From positions 158,994 to 207,289 of the forward strand of contig CALQYT010000001.1 in assembly GCA_943348815.1 (NCBI GenBank): 48,296 bases of DNA, in the 5' to 3' direction. The notes under the pieces were generated by a model that made no database searches, had not been told where the DNA came from, and worked only from the letters and a program-made list of their open reading frames with translations. How positions within the stretch are numbered: the stretch's first letter is position 1; each line of letters opens with the position of its first letter. The position numbers and the translations under genes are program-made. This DNA comes from Candidatus Nomurabacteria bacterium. Lineage in GTDB: Bacteria > Patescibacteriota > Minisyncoccia > Phycocordibacterales > SBAW01. This document shows, piece after piece, positions 1-7,729 of the stretch.

Positions 1-357
1 CTTAAGACAGCTCTCGCACGTGCTAACGCCAAGCGGGTGGTTATGGTCGAGGATCTCAATGACGATACGCTCGGGGAAGTGATGCGATTTAGTTTAGAAA
101 ATTTTCCCAATGCAAACCCGGAAGTAAAACTAGAAGGCTTTCCGTACGGCTATCAAAAAATAAAATCAGTGCCGTTTAAAGCAACCTTACGCTCGGACAC
201 CTTTGAGGAATTGGCGACGCAGTGTCTTTACTTAATGGACGTTGAGGTGGCCAAAGAAAATATTGCCCATATGAGCGACTTTCTAAAAACTCGAATCGCT
301 ACTCCCGAATTTACGATCAACCAGGAGATAGCGGTGTACGAAAAGTCCCAGGCCTAG
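1..357 (+). CDS. hypothetical protein, 5' end outside window
   Basis: Frame 1 is open from base 1 to TAG 355-357 (first ATG at 37). No recognisable motif. Confidence 0.4.
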   Translation, partial: LKTALARANAKRVVMVEDLNDDTLGEVMRFSLENFPNANPEVKLEGFPYGYQKIKSVPFKATLRSDTFEELATQCLYLMDVEVAKENIAHMSDFLKTRIATPEFTINQEIAVYEKSQA

Positions 358-500
358 ATCAACCCTGCAGAGACAGCGCGTGTACATTTCGTATCGCGGT
401 TTGTTCTTCGTGGTCTGGACCCCCGATCCCACCCAATTCACATGCCAGTAATTTAATGCTATGGTTTTGTCGGCGTAATTCCCACCCTCAGGAGTGTTCC

Positions 501-872
501 ATGACATCCATTCGCTTGCCTTCCTCCGCTCGGAAAGTCCTCGAGTTCGTTTTCGCCATCGTCATCGGTCTGGCGATAGCGGCAGCTTTCTTTGTAGTGG
601 CAGCTTGGTTGAAGCTGCTCGCAGGCGGCCTGTTGGCCAACGAAGCGCTCTGTGTCCTTGCGGGAGTGACGGTCGCGGTGGCGATTTTCTGCGGGATAAC
701 CTGGCATCTAAAGTGGCACCCTCAATCAATTGTCGTTATGGGCGCGACGCTTGTTCTTGCGACACTTGCCCTCCTCCTCGATTCCCCCATGACTGTTTGG
801 CAACAATGGGCGGGGGTCGCTGTCTGCTTTGTGATCTATATTGTGGCCTGGCTCGATGAGCTGATGGGTTAG
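501..872 (+). CDS. small integral membrane protein (about 4 TM helices)
   Basis: ATG 501 is preceded by AGGAG about 7 nt upstream. Hydrophobic helices include FVFAIVIGLAIAAAFFVVAAWL, LCVLAGVTVAVAIFCGI and VVMGATLVLATLALLL. A terminator follows. Confidence 0.6.
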   Translation: MTSIRLPSSARKVLEFVFAIVIGLAIAAAFFVVAAWLKLLAGGLLANEALCVLAGVTVAVAIFCGITWHLKWHPQSIVVMGATLVLATLALLLDSPMTVWQQWAGVAVCFVIYIVAWLDELMG

Positions 873-877
873 ATCAC

Positions 878-911
878 AAAACCGCCCCGGACCTCTCCGG
901 AGCGGTTTTTT
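878..911. terminator. bidirectional intrinsic terminator
   Basis: ACCGC-C-CCGG / CCGG-A-GCGGT hairpin flanked by an A-run upstream and T6 downstream, between convergent genes. Confidence 0.6.
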
Positions 912-933
912 AATTTCAAATATTTTTAACCGG

Positions 934-1176
934 TTAGATCAGCCCTGCCTCTTTGAGCGTTTTGTAGGCGCCATTTTTGGCGACCGTACGGATACCTTTG
1001 GTCGAGAGGGTAACGGTGACGCTGCGGTTGAGCTCCGGCACAAAAATGCGCTTCTTTTGGAGGTTGGCGTGCTTACGGACCTTGCCCGTCGGGTTAAATT
1101 TAGTTGCGCGCACGCGGTTAGAGTAGCCGCCGGCTACTTTAGAGCTCTTCCCCGTTACTGCGCAGATTTTAGCCAT
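934..1176 (-). CDS. rpmB: 50S ribosomal protein L28
   Basis: MAKICAVTGKSSKVAGGYSNRVRATKFNPTGKVRKHANLQKKRIFVPE is a typical L28 sequence of 80 aa. Confidence 0.93.
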   Translation of the reverse strand: MAKICAVTGKSSKVAGGYSNRVRATKFNPTGKVRKHANLQKKRIFVPELNRSVTVTLSTKGIRTVAKNGAYKTLKEAGLI

Positions 1177-1213
1177 ATGAGTGACCGCGATATGCTACCA
1201 TAATTTGTACTGC

Positions 1214-1858
1214 ATGCAAATAGATCTAATTTTTGGCATCGTCGTACTTATATTCTCTGTCATCTTGCACGAGGTGGCGCACGGCTACATGGCAGAGTGG
1301 CTCGGCGACCCGACCGCGCGTTTGGCAGGGCGGCTGACGCTCAACCCCATTAGCCACATCGACCCGGTCGGTTCTATTTTGTTGCCCGGGCTTTTGCTCA
1401 TTACCCACGCACCGATACTCATTGGCTACGCTAAGCCGGTGCCGTACAACCCGTATAACTTGCGCGGTAAGTATGGCGAGGGGCTGGTCGCTTTTGCGGG
1501 CCCTGCGACCAATATTTTGATCGCCATACTTTTTGGACTCTGCATTCGTTTTGCTTCTGCCCAGTTGGGACCCGACCTTATTACAGCATTTGGCATTATC
1601 GTCTACGTCAACATGCTCCTTGCGCTGTTTAACCTGATCCCGCTCCCGCCGCTCGATGGCAGCAAAGTCTTAGGGGCACTTTTCGGGATGATCTCGCCCT
1701 CGCTCGAGCGCGGCTATGACACCTTCCTTATTAACTTTCAGCGATTTGGATTTTTGCCCATGACCATTGTGGTGCTGCTTGTTTTTTATCTTTTGGCGCC
1801 CTATTTCAACCTTCTCCTCTTCTTCCTCTTTAGCCTTTTGACAGGGGCGTCGCTATAA
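1214..1858 (+). CDS. site-2 protease family (M50) zinc metalloprotease
   Basis: HEVAHG (HExxH) lies in the first TM helix and NLIPLPPLDGSKV is the second metal-ligand motif. The protein is polytopic. Start moved to ATG 1214 inside ORF 1181-1858. Confidence 0.85.
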   Translation: MQIDLIFGIVVLIFSVILHEVAHGYMAEWLGDPTARLAGRLTLNPISHIDPVGSILLPGLLLITHAPILIGYAKPVPYNPYNLRGKYGEGLVAFAGPATNILIAILFGLCIRFASAQLGPDLITAFGIIVYVNMLLALFNLIPLPPLDGSKVLGALFGMISPSLERGYDTFLINFQRFGFLPMTIVVLLVFYLLAPYFNLLLFFLFSLLTGASL

Positions 1859-1903
1859 GATAGATTAATGGTGCTCCCGCCAAGGCGGGATTCTTTATAC
1901 CGA

Positions 1904-2317
1904 ATGGCACGCCTATCACAACTCGTCCGCAAGGGCCGCACCGAGCGCCCCAACAAAACCAAGTCACCCGCATTGGCGCGTGGTTTTAATGTGCTCAAAA
2001 ACCGCCCGGTCTTCTACCCGTCGCCGTTTAAACGCGGTGTGTGCACCAAAGTAACGACCACCACGCCCCGCAAACCAAACTCCGCTATCCGCAAGATCGC
2101 TCGCGTCCGTTTGACCAACGGCATGGAGATCACCGCCTACATCCCCGGCGAGGGTCACAACCTCCAGGAACACTCGGTCGTTATTGTGCGCGCCGGCCGC
2201 GTAAAGGACATCAACGTCCGTTACACGATCGTGCGCGGCAAACTCGATGCGGCAGGTTTGGACAAGCGCCGTGTTTCCCGCTCGCGCTATGGAGCAAAAG
2301 CCCCGAAAGGAAAATAA
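1904..2317 (+). CDS. rpsL: 30S ribosomal protein S12
   Basis: [23 protein letters not shown] and [10 protein letters not shown] motifs. Start at ATG 1904 within ORF 1868-2317. Confidence 0.95.
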   Translation: MARLSQLVRKGRTERPNKTKSPALARGFNVLKNRPVFYPSPFKRGVCTKVTTTTPRKPNSAIRKIARVRLTNGMEITAYIPGEGHNLQEHSVVIVRAGRVKDINVRYTIVRGKLDAAGLDKRRVSRSRYGAKAPKGK

Positions 2318-2329
2318 TAACTAACTACC

Positions 2330-2800
2330 ATGCGTCGCCCTGTTAAAAATCGTAATATCGCCGGCCCGGACATTAAGTTTGGCTCTGTTCGCGTTGAAAA
2401 GTTTATCAACTCGGTTATGTGGGATGGCAAAAAGTCGACCGCACGCAAAGTGGTCTACGATGCCTTCGATATCATCAAAGAAAAAGCAAAGACCGAAACG
2501 CCGCTCGATGTATTTGAAACCGCTATCCGCAACGTAGGCCCCGCGATGGAGATCCGCTCACGCCGCGTGGGTGGTGCTAACTACCAGGTGCCGCGCGAGG
2601 TTCGCCCCGAGCGCAAACAAGCATTGGCATTTCGCTGGATCCTTATTGCCGCTCGTGGTGGCAAAGGTAAACCGATGGCCGAAAAGTTGGCAACCGAGCT
2701 GATGGCCGCTGCCAACAACGAAGGCGCTGCAATCAAAAAGAAAGAAGACACACTCCGCATGGCAGAGTCCAACAAAGCCTTCGCCCACTTTGCGTGGTAA
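2330..2800 (+). CDS. rpsG: 30S ribosomal protein S7
   Basis: [23 protein letters not shown] motif. Lies directly after rpsL. Confidence 0.95.
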   Translation: MRRPVKNRNIAGPDIKFGSVRVEKFINSVMWDGKKSTARKVVYDAFDIIKEKAKTETPLDVFETAIRNVGPAMEIRSRRVGGANYQVPREVRPERKQALAFRWILIAARGGKGKPMAEKLATELMAAANNEGAAIKKKEDTLRMAESNKAFAHFAW

Positions 2801-2810
2801 CGAGAGGAGT

Positions 2811-3260
2811 TTAAGAAAGAATCTTTTTCCGCTCCTCCAGTTCCCGATCCAGCTCACTTTCAACGTAGGTGATAAGTTTTGGCGTTGGTTTTAGCAAAAC
2901 TTTACGAGCATCTTGAGCAGAAGTTTCTCGAGAGATGTAACCTTTGGCACACGCGTCGTCGATATATTTTTGGCTCGTCATAGGGTGCTTAAACACCGTA
3001 TATTCCGCCGCCTGTGTTGCAGAAAGGTACTTGCCGTCAGAGTGCAAGACATACATCTGCACAAATAGACCCTGCAAATTGTGCAACAAATCTTCGTCGC
3101 CTTTGTCTTCAGGAATCTCCGCAGATTTCTTCCACTCACTGGCGATCGTGCGTGCAACGGCCGCTCTGACACCAGGGTCCTTGCGCAGATCTTCTCTCGA
3201 TCGTGCGGTGCCTTCCGTCCCGCCGCCTATGTTAGTATCCCCTGGTTTTTCTTGCTGCAT
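2811..3260 (-). CDS. hypothetical protein with MarR-like winged-helix C-terminal half
   Basis: The LSATQAAEYTVFKHPMTSQKYIDDACAKGYISRETSAQDARKVLLKPTPKL pattern resembles a wHTH (helix-turn-helix plus wing). The N-terminus is disordered. Family assignment is unverified. Confidence 0.5.
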   Translation of the reverse strand: MQQEKPGDTNIGGGTEGTARSREDLRKDPGVRAAVARTIASEWKKSAEIPEDKGDEDLLHNLQGLFVQMYVLHSDGKYLSATQAAEYTVFKHPMTSQKYIDDACAKGYISRETSAQDARKVLLKPTPKLITYVESELDRELEERKKILS

Positions 3261-3317
3261 AGCTTCTGTTTAATGATAACGCCTATCACCTATAGTATAG
3301 AGGGTTTTTGTATGCTC

Positions 3318-3345
3318 TTGTTTAAGAACGTTAAGTCGCTATACT
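3318..3345 (+). promoter_or_regulatory. sigma70-like promoter TTGTTT-16-TATACT
   Basis: Hexamers at 3318-3323 and 3340-3345, 30 nt upstream of ATG 3376, in a divergent intergenic region. Confidence 0.4.
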
Positions 3346-3375
3346 GCGGGCAGTTGTTTCTTTCGGGGTTTCGCC

Positions 3376-3717
3376 ATGTCGTTAAGGTCTCAGGTACGAC
3401 GGGAGCGCAGAGCTGCCCACGCTAAAGCAATGGCAACCTACGGCCTCTACCTCGACTATTACCATCGCTGCCGGGCTAGTCGGCCGTTTCTGCACGTTGG
3501 TGGCAACGCCCACCTTTGCATGCTGATCTTGGCGATGATCGGGGAATTGGAAAAGGCCTGTCTTGCAGCGGAGGGGTTGGGTTGGAAACCCAAAGTTGAA
3601 GAGTATCGACAGGATATCGTCACTTGGCGCAAGAAACTCGATGATATTCCGCCGCCCCTTGGCCCTGCTGCCGCCCGCTTACCGCGGGCATTTTTAATGC
3701 TAGGATATTCGGTATGA
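3376..3717 (+). CDS. hypothetical protein
   Basis: 113-aa ORF whose stop overlaps the next start (ATGA at 3714-3717). An alternative start is ATG 3430. No motif. Confidence 0.4.
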   Translation: MSLRSQVRRERRAAHAKAMATYGLYLDYYHRCRASRPFLHVGGNAHLCMLILAMIGELEKACLAAEGLGWKPKVEEYRQDIVTWRKKLDDIPPPLGPAAARLPRAFLMLGYSV

Positions 3718-4037
3718 ATAATCCTGAGACCGCATCGCCGCAACCGAGACCTCCAGAGCACTCTCCGACTGCCGGAGTATTTGCCCGGGCCATAAAAATC
3801 ATTGAGGAGCGTAATAAAGATGAACGATTTAAAGGTATGCCCAAGGAAGGCTCGTTGCAGGGTCTAAGTGAATTAGCACTAAATTTTCTCCGTGCCGACA
3901 AGGCTCTTCGTACACAAGTAGAGGAGTCAATCAGCCGGTATATTGCTAAACCAAGAGAGACGCCAATAGTACGGAGTCAAAAAATTTCGTACGACGATTT
4001 GATACCTATGCTCCGCGAGCTAGAAGCGGGCTTATAG
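3714..4037 (+). CDS. hypothetical protein
   Basis: 107-aa ORF, translationally coupled to its neighbours. No motif. Confidence 0.5.
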   Translation: MNNPETASPQPRPPEHSPTAGVFARAIKIIEERNKDERFKGMPKEGSLQGLSELALNFLRADKALRTQVEESISRYIAKPRETPIVRSQKISYDDLIPMLRELEAGL

Positions 4038-4044
4038 ACTAAGT

Positions 4045-4818
4045 ATGCCCGGACGAGATCCATCGGTACCCAATACTCCGCGGACTACGGCGGTCGAACA
4101 AAATAAATTTGAGGTAGAACGCGAGCAGATTGCTGGACGAGTTGCGGCTCTGGTACCTGAAATTAAAAGATTGGAAGTGATTGATGAAGAATCTGACCCT
4201 TTGGTTACCCATTGGACAGAAGAAGATGAAGAATATCGCGAGAGCGTCCAAGCACAACGAGACAACGTTTATCATGAGCTTCAGAAATGTATTTACGATG
4301 CGATGAATCTGGTCAGGCGTGACCCCGCAGTGCAATGGAAGGACGAAACTCTGCAAGAAGAAGCGGAGATCGCTGATGCCGTTGGTCATGCAGAGGAAGA
4401 AGAAGGTCAATCTCTGGTCTATACGACACCGATTACTACTCGTTATCAATTGGAAATACAAAAAATCTTTCTTCCACCAGTAAAGTCCCCAGCTAGAAGT
4501 GGTAGTGACGAGGAGATTAGGGTTTCAATCGTTTCTACACGACCCTTGACTCGCGAAGAGCAGATGAAAATGACTCACGCTGGTCTAGTAGAAGGTCCGC
4601 AGGCAGAAAAACTCATGAGGCTGCTTTCACCAGTACGTTCAGAGGTCCCGGGATATCTGAGTTTGTGGATTCAACGGAAAAAGGGGGGAGAGTACACGCT
4701 AGTACCCGGGAGTTTGTCTTTTGCCAAGAGGGATGGAAAGGATGCCCGCACACTAGTAAAAGATATTCTTACCCTTGCAGAGGAGGTAGAAAAAAAGGCG
4801 ATCCCGGCCACGGCATAA
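4045..4818 (+). CDS. hypothetical acidic protein
   Basis: 257-aa ORF starting 7 nt after the previous stop. E/D-rich centre. No motif. Confidence 0.55.
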   Translation: MPGRDPSVPNTPRTTAVEQNKFEVEREQIAGRVAALVPEIKRLEVIDEESDPLVTHWTEEDEEYRESVQAQRDNVYHELQKCIYDAMNLVRRDPAVQWKDETLQEEAEIADAVGHAEEEEGQSLVYTTPITTRYQLEIQKIFLPPVKSPARSGSDEEIRVSIVSTRPLTREEQMKMTHAGLVEGPQAEKLMRLLSPVRSEVPGYLSLWIQRKKGGEYTLVPGSLSFAKRDGKDARTLVKDILTLAEEVEKKAIPATA

Positions 4819-4845
4819 TCGAAGAAATTCTAAAATCCTTGTGAG

Positions 4846-4873
4846 TTGCGTTTTTACAGTTTTCGGCTATTCT
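4846..4873 (+). promoter_or_regulatory. possible promoter TTGCGT-16-TATTCT for fusA
   Basis: Hexamers at 4846-4851 and 4868-4873, 40 nt upstream of fusA. Confidence 0.3.
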
Positions 4874-4912
4874 ACTGACTAACGCCTTCGGCGCGTTTTC
4901 TTTTGTAAAATC

Positions 4913-7093
4913 ATGCCCACCCGAGACTACCCACTAGAAAAAGTACGAAATTTTGGAATCATCGCACACATCGATGCGGGTAAGACCACTACGTCTGAAC
5001 GTGTTTTGTATTACACCGGCAGCCAGCACAAAATCGGTGAGGTGCACGACGGTGCGACGACCACCGACTGGATGGAGCAGGAGCGCGAGCGCGGCATCAC
5101 TATTACGGCCGCCGCCATTACCTGTTTTTGGTCCAAGACCAGTGAGCGACTAAATCCCGACGCGGCTTCGCCGGTCGGGACCCCGACCAAAGCGTCGGGG
5201 AAATATCGCTTCAACATCATTGACACTCCGGGCCACATCGACTTTACCGTAGAGGTTAAGCGCTCGATGCGCGTGCTCGACGGCGCCGTGGTGGTGTTTG
5301 ACGGTGTTGCCGGCGTAGAGCCGCAATCCGAAACTAATTGGCGCTATGCCGACGAAGCCAACGTGCCGCGCGTGTGCTTTATCAACAAGATGGATCGCAC
5401 CGGTGCAAGTTTTGAAAAATCCTACGCCTCGATTCTTGATCGCTTGACCAAACACGCGGTGCGTATGCAGCTCCCGATCGGTGCTGAGGGCGACTTTGAT
5501 GGCGTGATCGACCTCCTGACCATGCAGGCTTACAAGTTTGAAGGAGAGATGGGCTCGGTAGTTACTCCTTACGAAATCCCCGAAAATTTGAAAGCCGAAG
5601 CCACCAAATATCACAACGAGTTGGTGGAGAAAATTGTCGAACACGACGACGCGCTTATGACCGCCTACCTCGACGGTACGATGCCGACCCTTGAGCAACT
5701 TAAAGCAACGCTCCGCAAGGCGGTTATTGCTAATAAAATCTTCCCCGTGTACACTGGCTCCGCTCTTAAAAACAAAGGCGTGCAGCTAGTGCTCGATGCG
5801 GTCGTCGACTTTTTGCCATCGCCGCTCGACATGCCGCCAGTAACGGGCATCAATCCTAAAACCGGCGATCCTATCCAGCGTCATGCCGACGACAGCGAGC
5901 CGTTTTGTGCGCTCGCCTTTAAACTCCAGGCCGACCCCTTTGTGGGGCAGCTGACCTTCTTCCGCGTCTACTCAGGCACGATCGAGGCGGGTTCGTATTT
6001 GTACAACGCAACCACCGGTAGCAAAGAGCGCCTCGGCCGCATCGTGCGCTTGCAAGCCAACGAGCGCGAGGAAGTTAAGAAAGTCTACGCCGGCGAAATT
6101 GCCGCCGCAGTGGGTCTTAAAGACACCAAAACCTCGCATACGCTCTGCGACGAGGCTAATCCGATTATTCTTGAGCAAATTAAATTTCCTGAGCCGGTTA
6201 TCTCGCTGCGTATTGAGCCTAAAACTAAAGCCGACCAAGAAAAGATGGGTATGGCAATGAAGAAACTTGCCGACGAAGACCCGACCTTCCGTGTGTCGAC
6301 CGATACCGAAACCAACGAGACGCTTATTTCGGGCATGGGTGAGTTGCATCTCGAAATTTTGGTTGACCGCATGAAGCGCGAGTTTGGTGTCGAAGCTAAT
6401 GTAGGCAAACCGCAGGTGGCCTACCGCGAAACCATCACTCAGGCGGCCGAGGCAGAAGGGAAGTACATCAAACAAACGGGCGGTCGCGGTCAGTACGGCC
6501 ACGTGCGCCTGCGGCTGAAGCCCCTTGAGGCCGTTGATCCTGATAAAAAAATATCTAAAAATGTTACGCGCGAGGATCACTTTGAGTTTATTAACTCCAT
6601 CAAAGGCGGTGTCGTCCCGCAGGAGTTTATTGGCCCAGTCGAGGACGGCGTGCGCGAGGCCATGGAGCGCGGCTTTGTGGCCGGCTTTAAAATGGTCGAC
6701 ATTTCTTGCGAGCTCTACGACGGCAGCTATCACGATGTCGACTCCTCAGAAATTGCCTTTAAAATCGCCGCATCGATGGGCTTCCAAGAGGCAGCAAGGG
6801 CGGCCAAGGCCGTATTGCTCGAGCCGATTATGCGCGTCGAGGTAGTGACGCCCGAAAAGTTCATGGGTGATGTCACCGGCTCGCTTAACGGCAAGCGCGG
6901 ACAAATTGAGGGTATGGAAGAGCGTGGTTTGGCGCGCGCCATCAAGGCTAAAGTGCCGCTCTCTGAGATGTTTGGTTACACCACGCAGCTGCGCTCGATG
7001 ACCGAGGGTCGCGCATCCTTTACGATGGAGTTCGACCACTACGAAACCGTCCCCCCGAACGTCGCCGCGACTATCATTGCCGCACGAAAGTAG
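4913..7093 (+). CDS. fusA: translation elongation factor G
   Basis: [32 protein letters not shown] and [12 protein letters not shown] motifs. 726 aa. Confidence 0.97.
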   Translation: MPTRDYPLEKVRNFGIIAHIDAGKTTTSERVLYYTGSQHKIGEVHDGATTTDWMEQERERGITITAAAITCFWSKTSERLNPDAASPVGTPTKASGKYRFNIIDTPGHIDFTVEVKRSMRVLDGAVVVFDGVAGVEPQSETNWRYADEANVPRVCFINKMDRTGASFEKSYASILDRLTKHAVRMQLPIGAEGDFDGVIDLLTMQAYKFEGEMGSVVTPYEIPENLKAEATKYHNELVEKIVEHDDALMTAYLDGTMPTLEQLKATLRKAVIANKIFPVYTGSALKNKGVQLVLDAVVDFLPSPLDMPPVTGINPKTGDPIQRHADDSEPFCALAFKLQADPFVGQLTFFRVYSGTIEAGSYLYNATTGSKERLGRIVRLQANEREEVKKVYAGEIAAAVGLKDTKTSHTLCDEANPIILEQIKFPEPVISLRIEPKTKADQEKMGMAMKKLADEDPTFRVSTDTETNETLISGMGELHLEILVDRMKREFGVEANVGKPQVAYRETITQAAEAEGKYIKQTGGRGQYGHVRLRLKPLEAVDPDKKISKNVTREDHFEFINSIKGGVVPQEFIGPVEDGVREAMERGFVAGFKMVDISCELYDGSYHDVDSSEIAFKIAASMGFQEAARAAKAVLLEPIMRVEVVTPEKFMGDVTGSLNGKRGQIEGMEERGLARAIKAKVPLSEMFGYTTQLRSMTEGRASFTMEFDHYETVPPNVAATIIAARK

Positions 7094-7107
7094 GATATAC
7101 TAGCCGT

Positions 7108-7332
7108 ATGCAAACAAAAATAATGGCTCATCCGGGCTTTCGCACCATTACTATGGGTATTGTGGGTGCCGCGTTGGTCGTTTCGTGCTTTTTTGCCGCA
7201 GGAGTGCCTAAGGCGCATGCCGCGCAACTGACCGAGACGCAGATCCAGGCGATCCTGAACCTGCTTCTGTCGTTTAATGTCCCGCAAGCAACGGTTACGA
7301 ACGTCTCCAACATTCTCCACAACAAGAAGTAG
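7108..7332 (+). CDS. small secreted protein (signal peptide plus LTxxQxQAILNL module)
   Basis: The hydrophobic core IVGAALVVSCFFAAG is followed by AHA-AQ. The module is paralogous to the 5' end of the next gene. Confidence 0.6.
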   Translation: MQTKIMAHPGFRTITMGIVGAALVVSCFFAAGVPKAHAAQLTETQIQAILNLLLSFNVPQATVTNVSNILHNKK

Positions 7333-7441
7333 AAGCCGCCTTCGCCTATAGGAATAGGCATAAGTGTCGTCGAGGACTCCTACCTTATCCACACCACCTA
7401 CTTGTGCAATAAGCAAGAGAGGGTAGAGTAGGAGAGCAACA

Positions 7442-7476
7442 GGGTACCAGCGGAAGCTGGTGCCCTCTCTCGTTTT
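7442..7476 (+). terminator. intrinsic terminator
   Basis: GGGTACCAGC-GGAA-GCTGGTGCCC hairpin (one G-U pair) followed by a T-rich tail. Confidence 0.65.
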
Positions 7477-7510
7477 GGGCCCTTATTAAAAAATTTATTC
7501 TAACGTTTTT

Positions 7511-7729
7511 ATGACTTCAGCCATCCGTTTGTTCTCCGCGCACAAGTTTTATACGCAGCTATTTGTCGCCGCAGCCATCGCGTGCTGCCTTTTTGCTTTT
7601 TCGGCGCCCCGCGTACAGGCCGCTAGCCTTACGGGCGCGCAAGTCCAAGCTATTTTGAACTTGGTAGCCTCTTTATGGAGCCTCCCAATCGACCTTGGAC
7701 AACGTGCAGCTGGCCCTTGGCATAGGTGA
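7511..7729 (+). CDS. signal peptide plus N-terminal module, apparently the out-of-frame 5' end of 7695-10370
   Basis: LFVAAAIACCLFAFSAPRVQA-AS signal peptide, then LTGAQVQAILNLVAS. Homology to the 7108 paralog continues in frame +1 after about 7673. Confidence 0.55.
   Translation: MTSAIRLFSAHKFYTQLFVAAAIACCLFAFSAPRVQAASLTGAQVQAILNLVASLWSLPIDLGQRAAGPWHR

Noticed and set aside
7670-7676. Programmed +1 ribosomal frameshift at UCU-UUA-U.
   Set aside because: The site does not resemble known +1 slippery sites: there is no rare or stop codon in the A site and no upstream SD-like stimulator. A simple indel or a sequencing error in the T3 run is more parsimonious. It is reported as a frame break, not as recoding.
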